DNA of 31,133 nucleotides, taken from the IMG/VR virus record IMGVR_UViG_3300038329_000027, positions 1 to 31,133 of that record; one strand, 5' to 3'. Below, piece by piece: positions 1 through 7,975 of this stretch; within the stretch, counting starts at the first letter, position 1; every line of letters begins with the position of its first letter. Both the position numbers and the translations under genes were made by a program. The notes below the pieces were generated by a model. The model was given only the letters and a program-made list of their open reading frames with translations. It did not search any database and had not been told where the DNA came from. Source of the DNA: a virus. Its lineage: Duplodnaviria > Caudoviricetes.

Positions 1-1
1 G

Positions 2-187
2 AAACAACAACAAGAACTTGAATATCAAGAGTTTGATAAAGAACAATTAGAAGAGTTTATTAAAGTGGATGCAACGCCATGTCCAAATTGTTTTAAACCA
101 ACCTTACTACGTAATGAATCTGAAGCAAGCTGTGAAGCATGTGGTCAGGGTTTTGATTATGTTGACGGTGCACTAAGATTTAAATAA
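2..187 (+). CDS. 5'-truncated hypothetical protein with C-terminal zinc ribbon
   Basis: Open frame from the window edge: ...DATPCPNCFKPTLLRNESEASCEACGQGFDYVDGALRFK*. CxxC...CxxC motif; stop TAA overlaps the next ATG (TAATG at 185-189). Not in the ORF track. Confidence 0.75.
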   Translation, partial: KQQQELEYQEFDKEQLEEFIKVDATPCPNCFKPTLLRNESEASCEACGQGFDYVDGALRFK

Positions 188-480
188 TGATAAATAGATT
201 AGACGAAATGCATACATATGAATATGAATTAGGTACAACAGGTGCTATAGAATTTGAATATGAGTACGAACCTGGAGAAGCTGAAATAACTTACTATTCT
301 GATGGATCAGGTTACCCAGGTTCAAGTTCAGAAGTAACTATACATCACGCATGGATTCAGCTTAAAGATAAAAGTGGTCAACTAATAAATGTAGACATAC
401 TTCCATACATTGATACAATAGAAGAATTAGATTTAGATAATATTATTTATGAAATAAAAAACCGCCATGAAGAAAGATAA
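187..480 (+). CDS. acidic hypothetical phage protein
   Basis: 97 aa ORF, coupled to the upstream stop and overlapping the downstream start; no recognised family. Confidence 0.75.
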   Translation: MINRLDEMHTYEYELGTTGAIEFEYEYEPGEAEITYYSDGSGYPGSSSEVTIHHAWIQLKDKSGQLINVDILPYIDTIEELDLDNIIYEIKNRHEER

Positions 481-664
481 AAAAAAAGAAGTAAATAGAG
501 ATATCCCACTAAGAGGTCATTGGGAAAAAAGAAACGATGACAATTTAACTCAAGGAAGATCAAAAGAAAAAATGGAAAAAACATATAAAATCCTTGAATG
601 GACTTTTATACTTGCTCTTATAGCATTAGTCAGTTTTGTTATATATTATAGATTTGAGTTATGA
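467..664 (+). CDS. small membrane protein (C-terminal TM helix)
   Basis: Basic N-terminus followed by hydrophobic ILEWTFILALIALVSFVIYY. Confidence 0.7.
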   Translation: MKKDKKKEVNRDIPLRGHWEKRNDDNLTQGRSKEKMEKTYKILEWTFILALIALVSFVIYYRFEL

Positions 665-735
665 ATACTATAATATCAGATCCAGGTGATGAACAACCAG
701 GGTGTTATATAATAACACTAATAAATGAAAGATAA
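661..735 (+). CDS. 24-aa micro-ORF (MNTIISDPGDEQPGCYIITLINER)
   Basis: ATGA start/stop overlap with the upstream gene at 661-664; fills the gap and overlaps the next start. Confidence 0.45.
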   Translation: MNTIISDPGDEQPGCYIITLINER

Positions 736-1108
736 CTTATTTGTAAAAGCATCTATAAAAGATGGTGAATTACATTTTCCTATAAAAGCTGCAGGAACAA
801 GATTTAAAAAGTTTTTGAATCAGTTACCTGATGACTCTAAATTAGAGATATTTATAGGTGTAAGTGGTGATAAAGGTAGTAATCCTCAATTAGCACGGTT
901 ACATGCTATGATTAGAGAAATAGCACAAGAAATTGGCTATACCTTTGAAGAAGCAAAATTAAATGTAAAAAGAGCTTCTGGGTTATGTTTTGTAAGAGAT
1001 AAGCAAGAGTATTGTAAATCCTTTGCAGATTGTGATAAAGATGAATTAAATCTTGCAATACAAGCATCCATAGAGATGGGAGACTTTAGTGGTATGAACC
1101 TAAGATAG
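725..1108 (+). CDS. NinB/DUF1367-like recombination-accessory protein
   Basis: GSNPQLARLHAMIREIA...EEAKLNVK...KSFADCDKDELNLAI resembles the NinB/YbcN pattern (RS..QN...HA..REIA ... STS.L.K.E...LI). Confidence 0.5.
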   Translation: MKDNLFVKASIKDGELHFPIKAAGTRFKKFLNQLPDDSKLEIFIGVSGDKGSNPQLARLHAMIREIAQEIGYTFEEAKLNVKRASGLCFVRDKQEYCKSFADCDKDELNLAIQASIEMGDFSGMNLR

Positions 1109-1534
1109 CTATTTAACTATAGTCATCTTAGCGTTTATATCTTTTAAAGCTTCAGTAACATCTTGTCCTTTTTCAATCATTGTAGTTAAATCAGCTAACT
1201 CAGATTTTGTTACAGTAGTTTCTGTTTCAATTTCTAAACCTTGTTCATGAGCATGATATTTAAAAAGTTGAAGTAGAGAAAAAAGTGTATATATATCAGC
1301 TTCAAATTCATCTAATTGAACCTCTACTTGCTCTTCTTTAGGTTTAAGATGTTGTTGAACTATTTCATTAAATTTACTAAAGATAACAGGCATATCAGCA
1401 CCTCTACCAGAATTAATAATTGCCGTATTAGTAATTCGTTGAAGACCGTGGATATATGCAGGACTTAATTTTATATCTGTAATATTTTTAGTAAAGTCAT
1501 AGGTAATTTGAGAGTGTAATTTATCGTCAGCCAT
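1109..1534 (-). CDS. hypothetical protein (lone antisense gene)
   Basis: 141 aa ORF with ATG; fills a 460-bp gap with no + strand ORF and has its own promoter-like element. Confidence 0.8.
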   Translation of the reverse strand: MADDKLHSQITYDFTKNITDIKLSPAYIHGLQRITNTAIINSGRGADMPVIFSKFNEIVQQHLKPKEEQVEVQLDEFEADIYTLFSLLQLFKYHAHEQGLEIETETTVTKSELADLTTMIEKGQDVTEALKDINAKMTIVK

Positions 1535-1555
1535 AGTAATAATTTATTTATAGTA

Positions 1556-1563
1556 CAAAGGTA
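1556..1563 (-). promoter_or_regulatory. Bacteroidetes sigma70 -7 element (TACCTTTG)
   Basis: Exact TAnnTTTG match 22 nt upstream of the 1534 start; no clearly spaced -33 TTG. Confidence 0.5.
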
Positions 1564-1571
1564 ACAAAAAT

Positions 1572-2252
1572 ATGCAAGAAAATATAAATCAAATAAAGAA
1601 AACATTAAAATTAAACTTTAAAGAATCTGGATGGAGCAATATATTAAATCCTTTTTTAGATAGCAAAGAGTTTGATAGTATTGTAGATAAGCTAATTAAC
1701 TTAGTTGAACAAAATAGAAGATTTACACCAAAGTTTAAGGATGCATTTAATCCGTTTATAGAAACAAAATATCAAGATCTTAAAGTTGTTATAGTTAATC
1801 AAGACCCATATCCTCAATTAGGTGTAGCAGACGGATTAGCTTTTAGTTGTTCTAAAACTGGCAAAGCAGAAAAAGCTTTACAGTATATTTTTAAAGTGCT
1901 CGGAGATGAAGACGGAGATGTTGACTTAAGACGTTGGGCTAACCAAGGCGTACTGCTGATTAATACAGCATTAACATGTGAACTTAATAAAACAGGATCA
2001 CACTACAGTATATGGAAACCATTTACTGAATATTTATTTAAAAGTATAAACCAAAAAAATAAAAATATAGTCTTTGTACTAATGGGAAGAAAAGCTGAAA
2101 GTTGGCAATTGCTCTTAAATGAGCAAAAGATACTTAAGTGTTCACACCCAACATCTGCTGCATATAAAAATGATATATGGAATGCAGATGATATTTTTGA
2201 AAAAATAAATAAAGAGCTGGATAGGCAAGATAAAACTTGCATAAACTGGTAA
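1572..2252 (+). CDS. ung: uracil-DNA glycosylase, family 1
   Basis: VVIVNQDPYP, GLAFS, WANQGVLLINTALT, SH...W..FT, FVLMG, SHP motifs. Confidence 0.95.
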   Translation: MQENINQIKKTLKLNFKESGWSNILNPFLDSKEFDSIVDKLINLVEQNRRFTPKFKDAFNPFIETKYQDLKVVIVNQDPYPQLGVADGLAFSCSKTGKAEKALQYIFKVLGDEDGDVDLRRWANQGVLLINTALTCELNKTGSHYSIWKPFTEYLFKSINQKNKNIVFVLMGRKAESWQLLLNEQKILKCSHPTSAAYKNDIWNADDIFEKINKELDRQDKTCINW

Positions 2253-2267
2253 TATTTAATATATTTG
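2237..2267 (+). promoter_or_regulatory. Bacteroidetes/Flavobacterium sigma70 promoter
   Basis: TTG (2237-2239), 20-nt spacer, TATATTTG (2260-2267), 21 nt before ATG 2289. Confidence 0.7.
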
Positions 2268-2288
2268 TAATAATCTAATCAATAATAA

Positions 2289-2801
2289 ATGACTAGTAAT
2301 CAAACACTTACGCATAAAGAAGAAATTTATGCATTTAAAGAACGTATTTTAAAAACCTATGGGATTAACATACATATTATGGTTGAAGAACGCGCTGAAT
2401 TTAAAATACATTTAGATGTGCTTCATGCATGTGCACTTAAAGCATTAAAAAATAATGAACCTCTTTTTGATAATATTGAATCTTTAGAACATAGAACTAG
2501 ATTGAGACCTTATTTAGTTTATGTTCAAGCCATGTCTTATATAGCTTTTAAAGAAGGATATAGTAAAACAGATATTGGTAGAACAATTAAAAGAGATCAT
2601 GCAACAATTATAAATTCAATAAAACAAGTGGAAAATGCTTTTTTTACTAGTGAATTTATGGTGATTGAAGCATTTAATAATATAACTAAAGAAATACGAG
2701 CTTATGTGGGAACTCTTCCAGAAAATATTAAAACACAAATTAACACCAAATCAGGCATTTCTTCTGTTTGGAATGAAGCAAAAAACTACCGTGCCATCTA
2801 A
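2289..2801 (+). CDS. DnaA C-terminal (domain IV)-like HTH DNA-binding protein
   Basis: RTRLRPYLVYVQAMSYIAFKEGYSKTDIGRTIKRDHATIINSIKQVEN parallels the DnaA domain IV consensus (R.R....RQ.AMY......S...IG..F..RDHTTV.HA..KI). No AAA+ domain. Confidence 0.75.
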   Translation: MTSNQTLTHKEEIYAFKERILKTYGINIHIMVEERAEFKIHLDVLHACALKALKNNEPLFDNIESLEHRTRLRPYLVYVQAMSYIAFKEGYSKTDIGRTIKRDHATIINSIKQVENAFFTSEFMVIEAFNNITKEIRAYVGTLPENIKTQINTKSGISSVWNEAKNYRAI

Positions 2802-3294
2802 ATTAGATATAGAAATAACTGATTTAGTAGCAGAAGGGTTTTTAATATATGACGATGGGACGTATAAATTAACATCTCAAGCCAAAGCTTTTATAGCTCA
2901 CCTAGATAATTATTTTATTAAAGCAAAAAAGAAAACTGATATCCAATTAATGGGTAAGGACTTTGCAGATAAAATAAATGACTATAGAGAAACATTTCCA
3001 AATAAAAGATTACCCAGCGGTAAACCTGCAAGAGTTAATGTTAAAATGTTATCAGAATCATTTAGATGGTTCTTTGAAACATATGAGTATGAGTGGAAAG
3101 ATGTAATAAAAGCTACTAAAATGTATGTAAATGAATACAGGAATGCAGAATATTTATATATGCAAACCAGTCAGTATTTCATATGCAAGCAAGACAAACA
3201 TAGGGTTAAATCTTCGACCCTAGCTGACTACTGTGATATGATCAGAGATGGTATAGATACTGAAGAAAAAACCTTTAAAGAAAAAGTAGTATAA
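2704..3294 (+). CDS. conserved phage protein upstream of the helicase; putative replication initiator/helicase loader
   Basis: 196 aa; N-terminal wHTH-like segment (ITDLVAEGFLIYDDGTYKLT); stop overlaps the DnaB start (TAATG). Function inferred from position. Confidence 0.6.
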   Translation: MWELFQKILKHKLTPNQAFLLFGMKQKTTVPSKLDIEITDLVAEGFLIYDDGTYKLTSQAKAFIAHLDNYFIKAKKKTDIQLMGKDFADKINDYRETFPNKRLPSGKPARVNVKMLSESFRWFFETYEYEWKDVIKATKMYVNEYRNAEYLYMQTSQYFICKQDKHRVKSSTLADYCDMIRDGIDTEEKTFKEKVV

Positions 3295-4250
3295 TGAGTA
3301 ATAAATCAGGATCATGGGTAGGGCAATATGCTGCATTTAATGAAGCATTAAAATATATGTATGCTAGACAAAAAGGTGAAGAAAAATCTATTTACACTCC
3401 TTGGCCTAAATTCAATGATGCTGCTACAGATGGTTTAGAATGGAATACATTAACTGTTATTGGTGGTAGACCTGGATCAGGTAAAACTTTAATAAAAGAT
3501 CAAATTATTAGGGAATCATTTGAATTAAACCCTAATGATGAATTTAGAGTGTTAGAGTTTCAATTTGAAATGGTTGGAAGAACATCAGCTATTAGAGAAT
3601 TTAGTTCTATTACCGGTAAAACATACAAAGAATTATGTAGTGCAGGTAGTATACTTGGTACAGATATAATAAACCATTGCCATCAATACGCTAAGGAAAG
3701 GGTTAAAAATCCAGTAGATATTATTTCTACACCTATGACAGTAAATCAAATGCGTGAGCAAATTGATGTTTATATGGATTTACATAAGGGTGCAAAAACT
3801 ATGATTACTCTAGATCATACTATGCTAGTAAAAAGAGCTCCTTATCAGAATAACACATTAGATATGTTATTTGAATTAGGTGAGTTTTTTACTCAATGTA
3901 AAAGAGATTATCCTTGTTTGTTTATTGCACTATCACAACTCAATAGAAATATTGATAGCCCAGAAAGAGCAATAGACGGTAAGTATGGTAATTATATACT
4001 TGAATCAGATATATTTGGTTCAGATGCTATGTTACAACATGCAGATATGTTAATAGGTATTAACAGGCCAGCTAAACAAAAGATTAGGTTTTATGGCCCT
4101 GATAGATATATCATTGAAAATGATAGAACATTAGTATTACATTTTCTTAAAGCAAGAAATGGTGATGCACGAATGAGTTTCTTTAAAGCTAAATTTGAGC
4201 AAATGAAAATTGAAGAAATGGATACACCTGGTCAACAGGAAAGAAGATAA
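3294..4250 (+). CDS. dnaB: DnaB-like replicative helicase (motor domain only)
   Basis: H1 IGGRPGSGKT, H1a FQFEM, H2 ITLDH, H3 LSQLNR, H4 SDAMLQHAD, LKARNG. Confidence 0.93.
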   Translation: MSNKSGSWVGQYAAFNEALKYMYARQKGEEKSIYTPWPKFNDAATDGLEWNTLTVIGGRPGSGKTLIKDQIIRESFELNPNDEFRVLEFQFEMVGRTSAIREFSSITGKTYKELCSAGSILGTDIINHCHQYAKERVKNPVDIISTPMTVNQMREQIDVYMDLHKGAKTMITLDHTMLVKRAPYQNNTLDMLFELGEFFTQCKRDYPCLFIALSQLNRNIDSPERAIDGKYGNYILESDIFGSDAMLQHADMLIGINRPAKQKIRFYGPDRYIIENDRTLVLHFLKARNGDARMSFFKAKFEQMKIEEMDTPGQQERR

Positions 4251-4266
4251 TAAACAAATAACAATA

Positions 4267-4821
4267 ATGTCAATAAGCACTGAAGAACGCAAAAAAAGAA
4301 TCTCTATTTTAAGAGAGGAGCATGAAGATTACTTTCAAACATCAGGTAATATAAATGCACTATACTATCCTAAAATGGCATATAGGCCATCAGGTAAGGA
4401 TGATTTACATGTTACATTTTTTCCTAGTGAATTAGAAAAAGAAGAAGACATCTATACTGAATTTGTAAGTATAGACTATGTAAGTGAAGATCCTAAAAGA
4501 ACTTTATATATTGTTAAACATAACCCACACTGGAAGTCTGAGTATGAATTAATTACAAGTAATAAAGGATTTGTAAGACACATGATACCTGTTAATGAAT
4601 TGGGGGTTATTAATGATATAACAGGTAGAAATAAGAAGGAAGGTTTTATAAATACTAAAATAGTAGAACCAACTCTTGTACCAGATTTAGGTTTAGAAAC
4701 ATTGTTTGATTTACCCAATCCCGATAAGGTATCAGATACATCTTTATTAGTAGATAAACTTGAAGATATTAATCAAACATTGATAACATTAACCAAAGTA
4801 ATAAATAAATTAATTAAATAA
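4267..4821 (+). CDS. hypothetical protein
   Basis: ATG at 4267 (MSISTEERKK) after an A-rich spacer is preferred over the TTG at 4210, which overlaps dnaB. Confidence 0.8.
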   Translation: MSISTEERKKRISILREEHEDYFQTSGNINALYYPKMAYRPSGKDDLHVTFFPSELEKEEDIYTEFVSIDYVSEDPKRTLYIVKHNPHWKSEYELITSNKGFVRHMIPVNELGVINDITGRNKKEGFINTKIVEPTLVPDLGLETLFDLPNPDKVSDTSLLVDKLEDINQTLITLTKVINKLIK

Positions 4822-4823
4822 CC

Positions 4824-5507
4824 ATGGCACAAAGTGTATTAGTAATTGCAGACTCAGGAACTGGTAAGTCAACAGCAATAAGAGATTTAAATCCAGAAGA
4901 AACTTTCATTATAAATATTGCCAATAAGCCTTTACCTTTTAAAGGTTGGAAGAAAAACTACACACAAATATCTAAACAAAATGAAAAAGGAAATCTAGCA
5001 TCACATTCTTCTGCTGCAGCAATTATTAAAGTTGCAAATCACGTAGATCAAAAATTGCCACATATTAAAACACTTGTCATAGATGACTGGCAGTATATGA
5101 GCTCTTTTGAGTATTTTGATAGAGCTAATGAAAAAGGTTATGATAAATTTACTCAGATTGCAGCAAACTTAGCTATGGTCGCAAAGCTTCCAAAAGATTT
5201 GAGAGATGACCTAATTGTTATCTTTTTAACTCATTCTGAAGATTCAACTGATATCAATGGTAATAGAAAAATTAAAGCTAAAACTGTTGGTAAAATGATT
5301 GATAATACATTAACTTTGGAAGGTCTGTTTTCAATAGTTTTATTTGGGAAGGTAAATAAAAACGATGATGGTGAACTTATTTATGGTTTTGAAACTCAAA
5401 ACAATGGAGAGAACACATGTAAATCACCACAAGGTATGTTTGAAGATTTCTTCATTCCAAACAACCTGCAGTACGTAATAGACTGCATGAAAAAATATGA
5501 AGAATAA
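4824..5507 (+). CDS. phage P-loop ATPase (AAA_24 / Sak4-like ssDNA annealing protein)
   Basis: Walker A ADSGTGKS, Walker B LVIDD, IFLTH, KSPQGMF, IPNNL; directly upstream of an SSB-like gene. Confidence 0.8.
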   Translation: MAQSVLVIADSGTGKSTAIRDLNPEETFIINIANKPLPFKGWKKNYTQISKQNEKGNLASHSSAAAIIKVANHVDQKLPHIKTLVIDDWQYMSSFEYFDRANEKGYDKFTQIAANLAMVAKLPKDLRDDLIVIFLTHSEDSTDINGNRKIKAKTVGKMIDNTLTLEGLFSIVLFGKVNKNDDGELIYGFETQNNGENTCKSPQGMFEDFFIPNNLQYVIDCMKKYEE

Positions 5508-5537
5508 ATAATTAATTAAATAAAAACCAAAAAAGTT

Positions 5538-6218
5538 ATGTTAAGTACTAGTGGAATGAAAGCCGGAAACGGCAAAGAAAAGCCGGTTTTAGAACCAGGT
5601 AATCAAGTTGTTAAAATAAATGAAATTACATTTACTAAAACTCCTTATGATGCAGAAGCATATAATGTTATGTTACATGTAGAAGGAGAGCCTATGGAAG
5701 GAGATTTTCAAGGTTTTTTAGTAGATGTTAATAAACCTGATGGCATGCGTTATGCGGGTCAAGTTGGAAGAGTGAGAGCAACTCAGTATGCATTTAAAGA
5801 TACTACACTTCCAAGTGGCGTTGAAATTAGTAGAGATACTGAAGTTATGAAAGCTATGATATTTTTAGCTGAACAATTAGGTAAACGTGCTGAATTAGAT
5901 GCTATCCAAGCAAACACAATTGAAGAATTTATGATTGCTTGTAATGGTGTATTATCAGGACCTACATATGTTAATGTATGTCTTGGAGCTCGTGAATGGG
6001 AAAATAAAGAAGGTTATATGAATAATGATCTGTTTTTACCTAAAAGAAATAAGGGTGAAGTACCTATTGAGTCAATAGATGTTGAAATTAGTGCTTCTAA
6101 ATTAATGACCTATGACAGCAATAATAAAAATCATTTTAAAGCCGGAGTAAAGAAAGTTGTTGCTGAAACAAATAGTTTTGAGCCAGCAAAAACATCTGGT
6201 GATGATTTTGATTTGTAA
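5538..6218 (+). CDS. putative single-stranded DNA-binding protein
   Basis: Beta-rich body, acidic-aromatic C-terminal tail (SGDDFDL), located between the Sak4-like ATPase and the primase. Confidence 0.6.
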   Translation: MLSTSGMKAGNGKEKPVLEPGNQVVKINEITFTKTPYDAEAYNVMLHVEGEPMEGDFQGFLVDVNKPDGMRYAGQVGRVRATQYAFKDTTLPSGVEISRDTEVMKAMIFLAEQLGKRAELDAIQANTIEEFMIACNGVLSGPTYVNVCLGAREWENKEGYMNNDLFLPKRNKGEVPIESIDVEISASKLMTYDSNNKNHFKAGVKKVVAETNSFEPAKTSGDDFDL

Positions 6219-6238
6219 GTTGTTGATATAAAATTAAT

Positions 6239-6268
6239 GGGGGTGGCTTCGGTCATCCCCTTTTTTTT
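6239..6268 (+). terminator. Rho-independent terminator
   Basis: GGGGGTGGC-TTCG-GTCATCCCC 9-bp stem with a cUUCGg tetraloop, followed by T8. Confidence 0.92.
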
Positions 6269-6285
6269 ATTTAATTTTAGCTATT

Positions 6286-7260
6286 ATGTTTAACACAAAA
6301 AATTTAGTACTAAATGAATCTGATATACCTAGCTATTGGGTATTTCAATATTATTTAAATTTATCTGAACCATTAACAGGTCAGGATATAAAAATTACAT
6401 CAGTATTTAATCCTAATGAAAAAACTCCTAGCTTTTGTGTTTATGTAGATACAAAAATTAAACAGTATAAGTTTAAAGACTTTTCTACAGGAAAAAATGG
6501 TAATAAGATTGACTTGGTTAAAATGATGTTTGATTTAGAATATTCAGCAGCATCAATGAAAATTGTAAAAGACTACAATATTTATGTTAAAACAAATGGA
6601 TTTGAAAAAATAGATTTTAAACCAGCTGCTAAATGGGTGGTTGATTTTGTTAAACCAAGACCATGGAATGAAACTGATGGTGCTTATTGGCTATCATTTA
6701 GAATTGGAATGTCTATTTTAACAGAATATAATGTTAAACCTATTGAATATTATAATCTTATTAAATCTGAGTCTGATCAAGTTAAAGCATTAAAAATACA
6801 AGGTAATAGTCTTTATGGATACTTTAATAAAGCAGGAGAGGTATATAAAATCTATCAACCTACCAGTAGTAAACATAAATTTCATAAGGTAAAATCATAT
6901 TTACAAGGCTATGACCAATTAAAATTTAATCAGCCATACTTAGTGATATGTTCCTCACTAAAGGATGCATTGTGTTTGAAAGGTATGGGTTATAATATAG
7001 AGGTTATAGCTCCAGATAGTGAGAATACTATGATTAAACCGCATGTCATTGAACATTTAAAAAAAAAGTATAAAAAAGTAATAACCCTTTTTGATAATGA
7101 TGAAGCGGGTAAAAAAGCAATTAATGCATATGCAAATGCATATAAAATTGATGGCTTTGCTTTGACTATATGCAAAGACATATCAGATGCTATGAAAGAA
7201 CATGGACTTGAGAAAGTTCATGCTCATTTAAAACCTTTATTAAAATTGGCATTAAAATAA
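6286..7260 (+). CDS. DnaG-type DNA primase (TOPRIM), atypical
   Basis: N-terminal ZBD-like SVFNPNEKTPSF...KDFSTGKNG; TOPRIM LVICSSLKD...LFDNDEAGKKA; C-terminal KDISD. Confidence 0.85.
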   Translation: MFNTKNLVLNESDIPSYWVFQYYLNLSEPLTGQDIKITSVFNPNEKTPSFCVYVDTKIKQYKFKDFSTGKNGNKIDLVKMMFDLEYSAASMKIVKDYNIYVKTNGFEKIDFKPAAKWVVDFVKPRPWNETDGAYWLSFRIGMSILTEYNVKPIEYYNLIKSESDQVKALKIQGNSLYGYFNKAGEVYKIYQPTSSKHKFHKVKSYLQGYDQLKFNQPYLVICSSLKDALCLKGMGYNIEVIAPDSENTMIKPHVIEHLKKKYKKVITLFDNDEAGKKAINAYANAYKIDGFALTICKDISDAMKEHGLEKVHAHLKPLLKLALK

Positions 7261-7264
7261 TAAT

Positions 7265-7648
7265 ATGGAAAATAAAAAATGGTTTATACCTGGGTCAGTG
7301 CCCAGTAGTAAAAATGGAAGAAGATGGACAGGTAAATACTTTATAGCTAGTAAAGCTGTAATGAATTATAGAAAAGTAGCTAAGGATTATTACGCAAAAT
7401 ATGCTGATGATTTTAAAGCTGAGCTAGCTAAGCATACATTACCAGCAAAAATATCTTTTACATTTGTTAGAGGAAGTCGTCATAAATTTGATTATATCAA
7501 CCCCGCACAAACAGTGCAAGATGATATGGTTAAAGCAGGATGGATTGAGGATGACAATGCAGAATTTATTTTACCTGCCTTTGAACAGTATTCTTATGAT
7601 AAAAAAAATCCAGGCGTTTACATAGAAATCTTAAAAGATGAAGTGTAG
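7265..7648 (+). CDS. RusA-like Holliday junction resolvase
   Basis: IPGSVPSSKN N-terminus; FDYINPAQTVQDDMVKAGWIEDDN parallels RusA [22 protein letters not shown]. Confidence 0.75.
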   Translation: MENKKWFIPGSVPSSKNGRRWTGKYFIASKAVMNYRKVAKDYYAKYADDFKAELAKHTLPAKISFTFVRGSRHKFDYINPAQTVQDDMVKAGWIEDDNAEFILPAFEQYSYDKKNPGVYIEILKDEV

Positions 7649-7970
7649 TTTATGGAAACAATCTGACATAACAATAGATGAATTTTTTGCAATAAGGTGT
7701 TTATTAAATGGCTCTAAAGAAGATTTTTTAATAGGAAAAAGTAATTTAAAAAATTTAAATTATAATGATATGGGAATAGTAAATATACTATTTGCAAAAT
7801 CTTTGTCTCTTGCAAAAAGAAATAGATTTATATTATCTATTGATGTTGGTCCACTTGGAAATTTATTTTCTTACCATGACTTAATTGGAAAATCTATTTA
7901 TAAAACAATAGTACAAAGAGCAAATAAAAAAATCTATAAACAAATACTTTATGAAATTATGAAAAATTAA
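7638..7970 (+). CDS. hypothetical protein carrying the LNGSKED helical motif
   Basis: 110 aa; overlaps the upstream gene; motif shared with the ORFs at 10944 and 11994. Confidence 0.7.
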   Translation: MKCSLWKQSDITIDEFFAIRCLLNGSKEDFLIGKSNLKNLNYNDMGIVNILFAKSLSLAKRNRFILSIDVGPLGNLFSYHDLIGKSIYKTIVQRANKKIYKQILYEIMKN

Positions 7971-7975
7971 AAACT

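Noticed and set aside
4210-4266. Extended starts given by the track (4210; likewise 25098, 25776, 26782)
   Set aside because: They overlap upstream genes, promoter-like motifs or a hairpin; downstream ATGs with A-rich leaders fit better.
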